Part shown: piece by piece, positions 29,184-39,628 of the stretch
Position numbering within the stretch: the first letter of the stretch is position 1
Layout of the letters: the number at the start of each line of letters is the position of its first letter
From: Thermodesulfobacteriota bacterium
Lineage (GTDB): Bacteria > Desulfobacterota > Desulfobacteria > Desulfobacterales > SURF-7
Assembly: GCA_049320885.1 (NCBI GenBank)
Contig: JBMORA010000024.1
Coordinates: 1-64,000 of the forward strand
Length of the DNA stretch: 64,000 nucleotides
Direction of reading: 5' to 3'
Made by a program: the position numbers and the translations under genes
The notes under the pieces: model-generated
What the model was told of the DNA's origin: nothing
What the model saw: the letters and a program-made list of their open reading frames with translations, nothing else
The model's database searches: none

Positions 29184-29735
29184 ATGTCCAAAATCAAAAA
29201 GACCGGAATCATTCTGTCTGTTCTGATCCTCCTGGCAGCCGGCGCCGTGACGGCAGGATACATTGTCCTCCCCTATCTGCGCGACCGGGATAAACCCAGA
29301 GAGGATCTGACCCATCTCCGCCTGAAGCCGGAGATCGTGCTGTTCACCTTCCGGATCTGGCCCGATGCTTACAGCCGTTTGGTCCATCTGGACACGGAAA
29401 TCAGTCTGATCGATCAGGAAATGGAGCGTCTGACAGCCATGGAAAAAGAATTTCCACAGCAAAAACGGATCATCCTGGACGAAAAATCCCTGTGGGACCG
29501 TACCGGAAAAAGCCTCGCTACCGTGCTGGAACACCTTGAAAAAGAAGTCGAAACCATTTATGTTACCTATTCGCTGAATGAGGCCAGGGGACTTCAGGCC
29601 CTCAAAGACTCCCAGGAGTCGGCCCTGAAACCGGCGGATGATGCGCTGGCGGAATCCGCCCAGCTGACAGCGAGATTGAAGACGAAATCGGAAACGAAAT
29701 TACTGGACCGGGTCCAGTCCCTGTTTTCCAAATGA
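29184..29735 (+). CDS. Hypothetical membrane-anchored helical protein
   Basis: Single N-terminal TM; ATGA overlap with oleC. Confidence 0.8.
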   Translation: MSKIKKTGIILSVLILLAAGAVTAGYIVLPYLRDRDKPREDLTHLRLKPEIVLFTFRIWPDAYSRLVHLDTEISLIDQEMERLTAMEKEFPQQKRIILDEKSLWDRTGKSLATVLEHLEKEVETIYVTYSLNEARGLQALKDSQESALKPADDALAESAQLTARLKTKSETKLLDRVQSLFSK

Positions 29736-31414
29736 GTGCCATGAATCAGTCTAAAAACCAAGATATTGTAAATGTTTCCTTTTATTTGAAACAGATGGCC
29801 GAAACCCGGCCTTACAAGCGCGCGGTCGTCTATCCCGCGGGAAGAGACAAGGCCAATCGCGTCACCTATTCGCATTTCACGTTTCAGCAACTGGACGAGG
29901 AATCGGACCGGATCGCCGCCGGGCTCATCGCCGCCGGGATCGCCCGGGGCACCCGCACCATTCTGATGGTGAAACAAAGCCTGGAGTTTTTCGCCCTGGC
30001 CTTCGCGCTTTTCAAGGCCGGAATCGTGCCGGTGGTGGTCGATCCGGGCATGGGGCTGAAACGCATGCTCAACTGTCTTCAGGAGGGAAAACCCGAGGCA
30101 TTCATCGGCATTCCCCTGGCCCACATCGTACGCACCGTTTATCCGCGCTATTTTCAGAATGTCAGGCATTTTATCACCGTGGGACGCCGGTTGTTCTGGG
30201 GGGGGCGCACCCTGCAACAAATCCGCCGACTTTCCTCCACATCCCATCCCGTGGCCGATACCGGGCGGGATGAAACGGCCGCCATTCTGTTCACCTCCGG
30301 CAGCACCGGACCGGCCAAAGGAGTCGTCTACACTCACGGCATGTTCGACGCCCAAATCCGGCAGATCAAGGAACAGTTCGACATCAGCCCGGATGAAATC
30401 GACCTGCCCACCTTTCCCCTGTTCGCCATCTTCGATCCTTCCCTGGGCATGACGGCCGTCATTCCGGACATGGATCCCACCAAACCGGCCATGGTGAACC
30501 CGCAAAAAATCATTGAAGCCATTACCAACCACGGGGTCACCAACATGTTCGCATCACCCGCCCTCCTCAACCGGGTGGGACGGTATTGCCACCAGCACCA
30601 GATCAAACTGCCCTCCCTGAAACGGGTGGTTTCCGCGGGCGCACCTGTGCCGCCAGCAAATATTGAACGATTCGCCGCACTGCTGATGCCAGACGCTGAA
30701 ATTCATACCCCGTATGGCGCCACGGAGGCCGTGCCGATTCTTTCCATCGGCAGCAGGGAAATCCTTTCCGAAACCAAAAAACTGACGGAAAAAGGCTTCG
30801 GCAACTGCGTAGGCCGGCCCATCCGCGACACCGAAATACGGCTGATCCGCATCTCCGACGAACCCATCGCTGTCTGGTCGGATGAACTCGCCGTCCCCCA
30901 GGGGGAGACCGGTGAAATCATCGTCAGAGGGCCGGTGGTTTCCAGCCAGTATTTCGAACGGCCGGACCAAAACGCGCTGCATAAAATCAAGGACGGCCAG
31001 GATATCTGGCATCGCATGGGCGATCTGGGTTGGATGGATAAAAGCGGCCGGCTCTGGTTTTGCGGCCGCAAAAGCCACCGGGTGACCACGCCAAAAGGCA
31101 CCCTGTACACCATTCCCTGCGAGGCCGTCTTCAACAACCATCCCGCGGTTTTCCGCAGCGCCCTGGTGGGCATCGGCAAGGCGCCGCGGCAGATACCCGT
31201 GATATGCATCGAGACAGAACCCGGCTGCAAGACCCCCCGGAATATCATCGAACAGGAACTGCTCGACATGGCCGGGCAATTCGTCATCACGCAGCAGATC
31301 GAGACAGTTCTGTTTCACAAGTCGTTTCCGGTGGACATCCGTCACAATTCGAAAATCTTCCGGGAACAGCTGGCCGGGTGGGCCGCTGAGCAGCTGATGA
31401 AAAAGCGACGGTGA
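29732..31414 (+). CDS. oleC: OleC-like beta-lactone synthetase (AMP-forming)
   Basis: VDPGMG, FTSGSTGPAKG, TPYGATEA, WHRMGD, PVDIRHNSKIFR. Confidence 0.88.
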   Translation: MSAMNQSKNQDIVNVSFYLKQMAETRPYKRAVVYPAGRDKANRVTYSHFTFQQLDEESDRIAAGLIAAGIARGTRTILMVKQSLEFFALAFALFKAGIVPVVVDPGMGLKRMLNCLQEGKPEAFIGIPLAHIVRTVYPRYFQNVRHFITVGRRLFWGGRTLQQIRRLSSTSHPVADTGRDETAAILFTSGSTGPAKGVVYTHGMFDAQIRQIKEQFDISPDEIDLPTFPLFAIFDPSLGMTAVIPDMDPTKPAMVNPQKIIEAITNHGVTNMFASPALLNRVGRYCHQHQIKLPSLKRVVSAGAPVPPANIERFAALLMPDAEIHTPYGATEAVPILSIGSREILSETKKLTEKGFGNCVGRPIRDTEIRLIRISDEPIAVWSDELAVPQGETGEIIVRGPVVSSQYFERPDQNALHKIKDGQDIWHRMGDLGWMDKSGRLWFCGRKSHRVTTPKGTLYTIPCEAVFNNHPAVFRSALVGIGKAPRQIPVICIETEPGCKTPRNIIEQELLDMAGQFVITQQIETVLFHKSFPVDIRHNSKIFREQLAGWAAEQLMKKRR

Positions 31415-31424
31415 GAGGACCGAT

Positions 31425-32444
31425 ATGGAAAAGGAAAACAGACAACGGATCCTGGTGACAGGGGGCGGCGGATTTCTGGGAAAAGCCATTGTCCGCAAAC
31501 TCATCCAGCGGGGGGAAAACGTCACCACTTTTTCCAGAAACCGGTACCCGGAACTCGATTCCCTTGGTGTCACTCAGGTCCAGGGGGACCTGGCCGATCC
31601 GGACGATACCCTGAAAGCCGTCCGGGGAATGGACCTGGTGTTCCACACGGCCGCCAAGGCCGGAGTGTGGGGTTCCCATGATTCCTATCACCGGCCCAAT
31701 GTCACCGGAACCCGCAACCTTCTGGCCGCCTGCAAACAGCAAGGGGTCCCGCGGCTGATCCATACCAGTTCCCCCAGTGTGGTCTTTGACGGCAGGGACA
31801 TGGAGGGGGTGGATGAATCCGTCCCGTACCCGGAAAAATTCCATACGCCCTACACCGAAACCAAGGCCATGGCCGAACGGGAGGTGCTGGCGGCGGCCCG
31901 GGATGGCCTGCGGGTCATCGTTCTCCGGCCGCATCTGATATGGGGACCGGAAGATCCCCATATCGTGCCGCGAATCCTGGAAAGGGCCGACAAACTGGTG
32001 AGAGTCGGCAAACGCGAGAACCTGGTGGACACGATTTATATCGACAACGCTGCCGATGCTCACCTTCTCGCGGCCGACAAGCTCCGGGAAAACCCCGCCC
32101 TTTCCGGAAACATCTATTTCATCAGCAATGATGAACCGATTCCCCTCTGGGACATCATCAACGGCATCTTGAAAGCCGGTGGACGGGAGCCGGTCACCCG
32201 CACCCTGCCGCATGGGGTGGTTCGGACCATCGGCGCCGTTCTGGAAGGGATATACCGGCTCTTCCGGATCGACGCTGAACCCAAGATGACCCGCTTCGTG
32301 GCGGATGAGCTGGCGACGGCCCACTGGTTCGACATCAGCGCCGTGAAAAGGGATCTGGGCTACGCCCCCGGGGTATCCATCAAGGAAGGACTGATCCGGC
32401 TGGAGGAATGGCTTCAACAAACCGGTCGGAAGCATTCCCGCTGA
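31425..32444 (+). CDS. oleD: OleD-like NAD(P)H-dependent 3-oxoacid reductase (3beta-HSD family)
   Basis: TGGGGFLG, AAKAGVWG, TSSPSV, YTETK, LRPHLIWG. Confidence 0.88.
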   Translation: MEKENRQRILVTGGGGFLGKAIVRKLIQRGENVTTFSRNRYPELDSLGVTQVQGDLADPDDTLKAVRGMDLVFHTAAKAGVWGSHDSYHRPNVTGTRNLLAACKQQGVPRLIHTSSPSVVFDGRDMEGVDESVPYPEKFHTPYTETKAMAEREVLAAARDGLRVIVLRPHLIWGPEDPHIVPRILERADKLVRVGKRENLVDTIYIDNAADAHLLAADKLRENPALSGNIYFISNDEPIPLWDIINGILKAGGREPVTRTLPHGVVRTIGAVLEGIYRLFRIDAEPKMTRFVADELATAHWFDISAVKRDLGYAPGVSIKEGLIRLEEWLQQTGRKHSR

Positions 32445-32459
32445 ACAGGAAAGGTTTCG

Positions 32460-33755
32460 ATGACGGTCAAAAACAAAAAAACGCTCATTTCCGGTGACTC
32501 CATGCTGATTTTCAGCGTCGGACTCGCCATCATCTACTGGCTGATCGAATCGGTGATCCATCTGTTCGTTTCCTCCGATGTCAATTTTTTACAGCAACTG
32601 CTGGGAACGGATATCTACAACACCTATACCCGGATCATCATTCTCTGTCTCTTCGTGATCTTCGGCTCCCATGTGCAGTATACGATCAACAAAAAAAGGG
32701 AAGCGGAGAACGCCCTGCGGGAAAGCGAGGAAAAATACCGGAAAATCCTGGAAAGCATCGAGGAAGGCTATTACGAAGTCGATCCCGACGGAAGATTTAC
32801 CTTTTTCAATGATTCGGTCTGCCGGATTCTGGGCGTTTCCAAGGAGGAACTGCTCGGACGCAACAGTCAGGCCTACATGGATGAACCGAATGCCCGGAAA
32901 TTGGAAAGGACTTTCCATAAAGTCGCCGATACCGGAAAACCCTTCACGGCCTTCGACTGCGAATACATCATCAAGGACGGCACGAAACGGATCATCGAAA
33001 CCTCCGTCTCCCTCATCAGCGATGTCAAAGGCAGAACCCTCGGGTTCCGGGGAGTGGCCCGGGACATCACCGCCAAAAAAGACATGGAAAAGGAACTCCT
33101 CGAATATCACCGGAAGCTCCAGGATTCCCGCTCCGCCGCCATCCTCGGCCTGGCCAAGCTGGCCGAATACCGGGACAGGGAAACCGGTTCCCATCTGGAA
33201 AGAATCCGGGAGTATGCCAAAATCATCGCCCGGGAATTATCCCAGAAGCCGGAGTACAGGGGCTATATCGACGAAAACTATATCGAAGACATCTACAATT
33301 CGGCCATCCTCCACGATATCGGCAAGGTGGCCATTTCCGACGCCATCCTGCTGAAACCGGAAAAACTGACTCCGGAGGAATTCGAAACCATGAAGCACCA
33401 CACCACCATGGGCGGCCAGGCCCTGGAGGTCATCGAATCCCGCACCCAAGGCCAGTCCTTCCTGACCATCGGCAAGGAAATCGCTTTCAACCATCATGAA
33501 CGCTGGGATGGAACGGGGTATCCAAGGGGTCTGGCCGGCAGGCAAATCCCCCTGTCGGCCCGGATCGTGGCCCTGGCGGATGTCTATGACGCCCTGGTTT
33601 CGAGGCGCAGCTACAAAGAGGCCATGCGGCATGAAGATGTTCAGGAACAGATTGTCATGGGCCGAGGGACTCAATTCGATCCGGACGTGGTCGACGCTTT
33701 TCTTGCCCGGATCGAAGACTTCAGGGCCGTTCACAACCGGCTCGGGGACGCCTGA
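32460..33755 (+). CDS. Membrane PAS + HD-GYP phosphodiesterase
   Basis: 2 TM, PAS, HDIGK, HHERWDGTGYP. Confidence 0.92.
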   Translation: MTVKNKKTLISGDSMLIFSVGLAIIYWLIESVIHLFVSSDVNFLQQLLGTDIYNTYTRIIILCLFVIFGSHVQYTINKKREAENALRESEEKYRKILESIEEGYYEVDPDGRFTFFNDSVCRILGVSKEELLGRNSQAYMDEPNARKLERTFHKVADTGKPFTAFDCEYIIKDGTKRIIETSVSLISDVKGRTLGFRGVARDITAKKDMEKELLEYHRKLQDSRSAAILGLAKLAEYRDRETGSHLERIREYAKIIARELSQKPEYRGYIDENYIEDIYNSAILHDIGKVAISDAILLKPEKLTPEEFETMKHHTTMGGQALEVIESRTQGQSFLTIGKEIAFNHHERWDGTGYPRGLAGRQIPLSARIVALADVYDALVSRRSYKEAMRHEDVQEQIVMGRGTQFDPDVVDAFLARIEDFRAVHNRLGDA

Positions 33756-33785
33756 TCCGCCGGTTGCTCCTCCGGGAGGCGGCAA

Positions 33786-35075
33786 TCAGTCCGGCAAGAG
33801 ATCGTAAAAGTACATCATGGCGTCGGTCCGGGTGACGATTCCGATAATTTCCCCCTTGTCCACCACCGGCAGGCGCCCGATATCATGTTTCACCATGAGA
33901 CGCGCGGCCTCCACGGGACTTCGATCCGGCCCGATGGTGACGGTCTCGCGGCTCATGAACGCCTTCACCGGCGCCTTGAGCTGATTGTTGCGCACCTTAT
34001 GAAAATCCCGGCGGGAAATCACGCCCACCAGCCGGCCGTTGTCCACCACCGGCAATCCGGTGCAGCCTTTTTCCCGCAGGATCTTGGCGGTCTGCGACAT
34101 CGTCGTATCCGACGGAATGGCGAGCACGGGGTAGGACATCAGGTCGCTGACCCGCACCGATGATTGTTGATTGCCCTCGATCAATTCGATGATCCAGTCC
34201 TTGATGGCCTCCGGCGAGGCGGATTTGATCATGGCCGAGGCAGCGCCCGGATGGCCGCCGCCCCCCATGCTCCGCATCATCAACCCCACATTCAATTCAT
34301 CCACATTGCTGCGGCCGATGACGATGCTGCGGTTGTGTTCGCGGTCGCTGAAAATCCCGAAAGCGGCGTCCACGTTCAGGATCTCCCGGTACATGTGCAC
34401 CACAAGCGACAGGTTGCCCACATGCCCGCTGATCTCAATGGCATTGCAGCTGATGGTGAAGCCGCCGACTTTCATGCGCTCCGCCTTCTGCAGCATTTGG
34501 AAAAGAATGTTCTTCTGCTTCTCGCCATATCCCGGTCGCAGGAAGGTGCTCAGAATGTTGAGGTCCGCCTTGCGATCCAGAAGGAATCCGGCGGTATAGG
34601 CGTCCTCGGCCGTGGTGGATGGAAACGAAAGATTGCCGGTGTCTTCATACAGACCCGCCAGGAAAAGGGTCGCCTGCATGGGGGTCAGAATTTTATGCTG
34701 CTTTTTCATTTCGCGCACCATCAGGGTGATGTTCGCCCCCATTTCCTCCTTGCATTCCCAGGCGGCTTGGATATCTCCGTTGGGGTGGTGATCCCAGACA
34801 ATGACCTCGATGTCTGTCCTGCCCTTCAGCTTTCCGACCTCCAGGCGGCCCCAGGAATTGGCATCCACCACGATCAGCCGCTTCACCTCGGCCATATCGA
34901 TATCATCCGGCGTGCGGATATCGAACAAATCCTTGTGAATGGAAAGAAAGCCCTTGGCGTTTGGATTGATCGTTTTGGGCAGCACGGCCACGGCGCCCGG
35001 ATACAGCAGGGTTCCGGCGATCACCGAGGCCAGGGCGTCAAAATCGCTGCTCTTGTGAGTTGTAATGATGTCCAT
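33786..35075 (-). CDS. DHH/DHHA1 phosphoesterase with CBS pair
   Basis: H..SDFD, VD, DHH, DTG, GGGH motifs; two C-terminal CBS. Confidence 0.9.
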   Translation of the reverse strand: MDIITTHKSSDFDALASVIAGTLLYPGAVAVLPKTINPNAKGFLSIHKDLFDIRTPDDIDMAEVKRLIVVDANSWGRLEVGKLKGRTDIEVIVWDHHPNGDIQAAWECKEEMGANITLMVREMKKQHKILTPMQATLFLAGLYEDTGNLSFPSTTAEDAYTAGFLLDRKADLNILSTFLRPGYGEKQKNILFQMLQKAERMKVGGFTISCNAIEISGHVGNLSLVVHMYREILNVDAAFGIFSDREHNRSIVIGRSNVDELNVGLMMRSMGGGGHPGAASAMIKSASPEAIKDWIIELIEGNQQSSVRVSDLMSYPVLAIPSDTTMSQTAKILREKGCTGLPVVDNGRLVGVISRRDFHKVRNNQLKAPVKAFMSRETVTIGPDRSPVEAARLMVKHDIGRLPVVDKGEIIGIVTRTDAMMYFYDLLPD

Positions 35076-35100
35076 GGATCTCCGTGTTTTTTGTCCTGTT

Positions 35101-36015
35101 CTATTGTTTGACTCCCGGAAAGGAATCGTCCGGCGCTTGCGACGATTCTTCCGCCTTGCATTCTTTCCATTCAGCTGGCTGGCAGGCGTCGTCTCCCCGA
35201 CCATCCAAACCGATCTGCATGGTCCGGCGGTGCTGGTATTCCAGCCGGAGCCGGCAAAGATCCATCTCGGTCCGGCTTTCAATCACTTTTTTGGCCAGGA
35301 GATAGCGAAGATAGATGACCCAGACCACAAGCCCGAGGACGACGAGGCTTGCCCCCAGTAACAGCCATTTATATTTGACGATGGTTTCCTCGCCCAGTCG
35401 GCCCAGATAGATCAACAGGTTCGGAAACGTCCAGTAGGAAAAGATCGCGAGAAAAATCAAGAATCCGATGGTGTAAATATTCAGGCGGCCGAGATGAAAA
35501 AGCATTTTCTCCAAACGGGAGGCGTCGCTCTCGGGTTTCCGGAAGGGGGCCGATCCGTCCTTTTCACCATGAAACAGGGCGGCGTATACCTTGACGATGA
35601 ACACGAACAGCAGAACAAGTCCCACCGGGATGCCCACCGCCGCTGCGAACCAGGCCCGGAAAGGAAACGGGATCTCACGGCTGATGAGTTTGACCTGGTA
35701 TTGGTCCAGCGGTCCGAAAGTTTTTTCAAAATAGTATTTATCGAAGCTGCTGAGGTTGTTGCCGTCGGTTTCATACACCACCTCACCAGCGTTGTTCAGG
35801 ATATGCAGCCGTGATTGCCGGCCGGATTTCATGGCCGCCACCGCCAGAATCTCCATTTCAATCAGGAAAAGGCAGACCCCGACGACAATCAGAACCGTGC
35901 TGTTGCGTCGGATGGCGGAAAATGCGTTGTTGTCATCGGTCACGGAATCAATCCCCGAACATCCCCAATGATGAGCTGTTGGAAAGCTCAAATCCGTCTT
36001 TCGGCTGGAAGGCAT
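35101..36015 (-). CDS. Hypothetical membrane protein
   Basis: About 4 TM segments; start uncertain. Confidence 0.7.
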   Translation of the reverse strand: MPSSRKTDLSFPTAHHWGCSGIDSVTDDNNAFSAIRRNSTVLIVVGVCLFLIEMEILAVAAMKSGRQSRLHILNNAGEVVYETDGNNLSSFDKYYFEKTFGPLDQYQVKLISREIPFPFRAWFAAAVGIPVGLVLLFVFIVKVYAALFHGEKDGSAPFRKPESDASRLEKMLFHLGRLNIYTIGFLIFLAIFSYWTFPNLLIYLGRLGEETIVKYKWLLLGASLVVLGLVVWVIYLRYLLAKKVIESRTEMDLCRLRLEYQHRRTMQIGLDGRGDDACQPAEWKECKAEESSQAPDDSFPGVKQ

Positions 36016-36066
36016 TCTTGCACAATTCCGGATCGCCGGTCAAGCGGCAAGCTTGTTACCGTCCGT

Positions 36067-38601
36067 TCAGTTCTGGATCGCCGGCAGAAACCCGCCGATT
36101 CCCGGAAGGTCCGACCGCAGACCGAAATCATCGAAATACACCGTAATCGCGCCATGGCCGTAGGCGTGCAGACCCAATTCCGGCTGGGCGGAAAAGCCGG
36201 CCGTGGGAGATAGCAATTCCGGCTGATGGCTTCTCAGCATCGAATCGGGTTCCGCGGCCACCGGCACGGCATCGACGGTTCCCACCAGGTTGTTGACGGC
36301 GTCCCACTGGACCAGTGTGACATAATCATTGCCGGGCGTGGTGACAGGACCGTCCTTCGGCGGCCATTTCAGAGTGGTGCAGCCGGATTGGCAGCGCGGA
36401 TATCCATGGCGATCCATATCCAGTAGAGAACCGTCGGGAACGCCGTAGCCGTCCGGATCACCGTAATATACCTGTATGTAGTTGTCTTTCGGGCGCAGGC
36501 CGCCGCCCGTGGCCGTCGCCAACGGCACGCCGCCGACCTTCAGCGGACCGGCGGTGAATGGAATCGATTCCGACAAACGGTTCAAGAGAATCGTTCCGGC
36601 CGCGCTGCCATCCCAGGCGCCGGACGACAGCAGCGGTTCCCCCAGGACAACTCCGCGGGCCCCGCCATCCTGGGTGAGAACCGCTCCGGCCGGAATCGCG
36701 GAAATGCCGTTGGTGAATTCCAGGGCGGCGGCCTCCCGCAATTGAACCATCAGGACGGCGTCCTGCAAGGGATGGAAACCGGACTCCAGCCGGACGTCGT
36801 CTATATACCAGCCGTCGCGTCGAACCGACCCATCCGTGACCAACCGGAAACGAATCCGCACATTTTTCTTGAGGTAGTATGCCGGAACGGATATCACCTT
36901 CTCCACCCAGGTGTTTTGAGGCACTTCGCTCAGCAGAACGAATGCATTGGTATACTCGGCCAGGAGGTCGGAGGTGACGAATTCATCGTCCGAGATTTCC
37001 ACGTACCCGTAGTCGTAGTAGGCCTCCAGATCATAGCGGTGCCAGAACACCAGCCGGACATCCCTTTCCCAGCCCAGGTCAATGGGGGCGGATGTAAGAG
37101 AAAGATCTTGATTATCCAGATAATTTCCCCCGGGACTGTCATGCCAGGAGGTGGAAAAGCTGTGATAGCGGGAAGTCACCCGGGCCCAGGGCGCAGCCGG
37201 CGACCATCCGCCGCCCCCGGATTCCATATCGTCCTGAAAAAAAAGAACCGGCGTCAGCCGTTTATACGCCAGCCAGTTTCGGGTTGCTCCGAAATCGGTC
37301 TGCTGCCAGAGGACAATCAGGGGAACATCCGAGACCGGCACGATGGCATTGTCGATTCCGTCCAGGGGCGGGATCAGGTTCTGGTTGCCGCGCAGGAAGG
37401 ATATGCCGTAACAATTGGAATTGTTATCCAGGCGAAAGGACATTCCGGCGGCAAAATACCGGGGAACGGGAATCGGCTCGAACCCGCCCTCGGGCGTGAT
37501 GGCGGAATCGAAACCGATTTTCACCTGGGCGTCATAGCTCAAAAACCGGCCGGCCGCCCCGTAGCCGCGTTCCAGGTTCACCCCCGAGGAATCCGGCTTG
37601 AACGCGATCAGGCTTGACTTCGGCGAGGGCCCCGCTTCCACGGCGATCACCTTGAGGGCTTTGTCGCCATCCACGGTGACAACGGCGTGATCCCCCAGGG
37701 AAGACGTGTCCTCCCAATGGGATTTGTCCTCGAAACGATCCAAAAATTCCGTATTTTCGAAAAGCGGAATGGAATACCGGATTTCCCGGGCGATTCCGGT
37801 GCTGCTCCTGCCCAGGGAACTCAACTCCAGAAACGGCTGCAGGACGACCGTCCCGGCGCCCGGAGGCGCCGTCCACGGGGCGGCGGCGTCCGCCATGGTG
37901 ATTCCCAGCAATTTGTTGTTCCCCGGATCCGCTTTCCGATAGCGGTACGATCGTCCGGACAGGGTAAAAAGGCCATTGCGGTCCGGAAACAATGACACCC
38001 CGCCGATGACATTCAAGTCGCCGCCGGGTCCGGCGCCGTTATATCCATTGCTTTGAAGCCCCAGTTTCGGCCGCTGCCCGGTCAGGGCGTTCCAGCTTCC
38101 GCCGGCCTTCACAAACCGGACAATCTGCTGGTCCGCATGGCTCATATCAATGGAATCAAAGGCCTCCGGCAGATCCGGATCGTCGAAAACCAGACTGCCC
38201 GGGGCGCTGACCCAACCCGGACGAATTCCGAAGGGAACCCGTGTCTCCAGCACGCTGCCGGCGGCGTCCGTCCGCACTTCGAAAACATAGGTGGAGAATC
38301 GCAATCTGAAGACACCTCCCCGGTCGCCCAGGGTGAACTCGCGGTTGTTCAAAGGACCGATATCGTCCCCGCTCCGCAACTTCGCCGCCCCGTATCGATA
38401 GCCGGATTCGGCCAGATAATAGGCCTGGTCGGCCAGGTTCGCTCCGGCCAGATGCTGGGACTGAACGGCGGTCTGTGAAATCATGGCGACCCCCAATACG
38501 CTCAGCACCATCATGGTGACGATCAGGCCCACCAGGACGGCCCCTGCCTGTGGAGGACCGAAGTGGATGCTGGTTGTATGCCGGTTGCCGATCAGGTTCA
38601 T
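36067..38601 (-). CDS. PilX/GspK-like minor pilin with large C-terminal beta-rich (lectin/MAM-like) region
   Basis: G|AVLVGLIV hydrophobic N-terminus lacking Glu5, QAYYLAESG; GAAGGAG RBS. Confidence 0.8.
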   Translation of the reverse strand: MNLIGNRHTTSIHFGPPQAGAVLVGLIVTMMVLSVLGVAMISQTAVQSQHLAGANLADQAYYLAESGYRYGAAKLRSGDDIGPLNNREFTLGDRGGVFRLRFSTYVFEVRTDAAGSVLETRVPFGIRPGWVSAPGSLVFDDPDLPEAFDSIDMSHADQQIVRFVKAGGSWNALTGQRPKLGLQSNGYNGAGPGGDLNVIGGVSLFPDRNGLFTLSGRSYRYRKADPGNNKLLGITMADAAAPWTAPPGAGTVVLQPFLELSSLGRSSTGIAREIRYSIPLFENTEFLDRFEDKSHWEDTSSLGDHAVVTVDGDKALKVIAVEAGPSPKSSLIAFKPDSSGVNLERGYGAAGRFLSYDAQVKIGFDSAITPEGGFEPIPVPRYFAAGMSFRLDNNSNCYGISFLRGNQNLIPPLDGIDNAIVPVSDVPLIVLWQQTDFGATRNWLAYKRLTPVLFFQDDMESGGGGWSPAAPWARVTSRYHSFSTSWHDSPGGNYLDNQDLSLTSAPIDLGWERDVRLVFWHRYDLEAYYDYGYVEISDDEFVTSDLLAEYTNAFVLLSEVPQNTWVEKVISVPAYYLKKNVRIRFRLVTDGSVRRDGWYIDDVRLESGFHPLQDAVLMVQLREAAALEFTNGISAIPAGAVLTQDGGARGVVLGEPLLSSGAWDGSAAGTILLNRLSESIPFTAGPLKVGGVPLATATGGGLRPKDNYIQVYYGDPDGYGVPDGSLLDMDRHGYPRCQSGCTTLKWPPKDGPVTTPGNDYVTLVQWDAVNNLVGTVDAVPVAAEPDSMLRSHQPELLSPTAGFSAQPELGLHAYGHGAITVYFDDFGLRSDLPGIGGFLPAIQN

Positions 38602-38617
38602 CTCCTTCACCCATGGA

Positions 38618-39178
38618 TCAGGGCGCATTCGAATTCAGGTTGTTGCGCGGGTTGACCGCCAGTGAAAAGGAATGGACGGCGGCTTCCCCGTCGGTTCGCG
38701 CCAATTCGAATTGAATTTGGATCAGGGCCAGTTTCTCCAGTCCGACCGGCGGGACGGTGGTTACGTTCCCATCGACATCCTCATAGGCCAGCTGGAAGGA
38801 ATTCACCTGATTCAGCAACACATGGGCTTCATCGTCCGCGCAGGAGCCGCAGGAGCAGTCTCCGGTCTCATCAACCTTCAAGACCAGTTCGCCGGCGCGG
38901 GCGGTCAGCACCCGGAAGAACGGCGAAAGCGGATCGACACGGTACACAATACATTGCTGGTTCGAATTCCCGCTGTCGATGTCCGTCAATTCGGACAGTT
39001 CCCGATCCATTCGGGCCATGGCCGCTTGGGCTTTCTGGGATATGGCGACATTTTCCCTGGTCGTGACGAAACCCTGTACGCCGGTCACCAGCCACAGACC
39101 CGCGGTGACGGATAGGATCCCGAACAACATCAGGGAAAGAATGACTTCAATCAGGGTGAATCCGCCTTCATCGCGCAT
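38618..39178 (-). CDS. Prepilin (PilW/GspJ-like)
   Basis: GG|FTLIEVIL. Confidence 0.85.
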   Translation of the reverse strand: MRDEGGFTLIEVILSLMLFGILSVTAGLWLVTGVQGFVTTRENVAISQKAQAAMARMDRELSELTDIDSGNSNQQCIVYRVDPLSPFFRVLTARAGELVLKVDETGDCSCGSCADDEAHVLLNQVNSFQLAYEDVDGNVTTVPPVGLEKLALIQIQFELARTDGEAAVHSFSLAVNPRNNLNSNAP

Positions 39179-39190
39179 GGCCCTACCGAC

Positions 39191-39628
39191 CTACCTCACA
39201 TGGGTAAAAACCGATTGCAGCATCTGGTTCTTGGAACTGTCCGCAGCAGCCGTGACGGTTACCGTCACCTGCATGATTTCGATATCCCCGTCATTTCCCG
39301 GATCGATCTCAAACCCGGCCGGTGTGGTCTCCACCGCAATCCCTGCCCCCCCATGGGATTCCACCATGGCCTTAAAGTCTCCGTGCAGGGAGGCCCCCGG
39401 CAAATTTCCATTTGTTTTCAGCCAGTTTCGATAATCACGGGTGATTTGTTCCATGGTGGTTTTCAACCGGAGGCCATTCCCGGAGATTTCAATCATTTCG
39501 GCGCTGCGGGAAAGATTGGAGCCGATGAACTGGGTCAGCATGGTTCCCAGGATGGCAGCCATGACAATGCTGACAAGTACTTCCAGCAGCGTAAACCCGT
39601 TCTCATGAGCGTTTATCTTTGATTTCAT
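39191..39628 (-). CDS. Prepilin (PilV/GspI-like)
   Basis: NG|FTLLEVLV. Confidence 0.85.
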   Translation of the reverse strand: MKSKINAHENGFTLLEVLVSIVMAAILGTMLTQFIGSNLSRSAEMIEISGNGLRLKTTMEQITRDYRNWLKTNGNLPGASLHGDFKAMVESHGGAGIAVETTPAGFEIDPGNDGDIEIMQVTVTVTAAADSSKNQMLQSVFTHVR

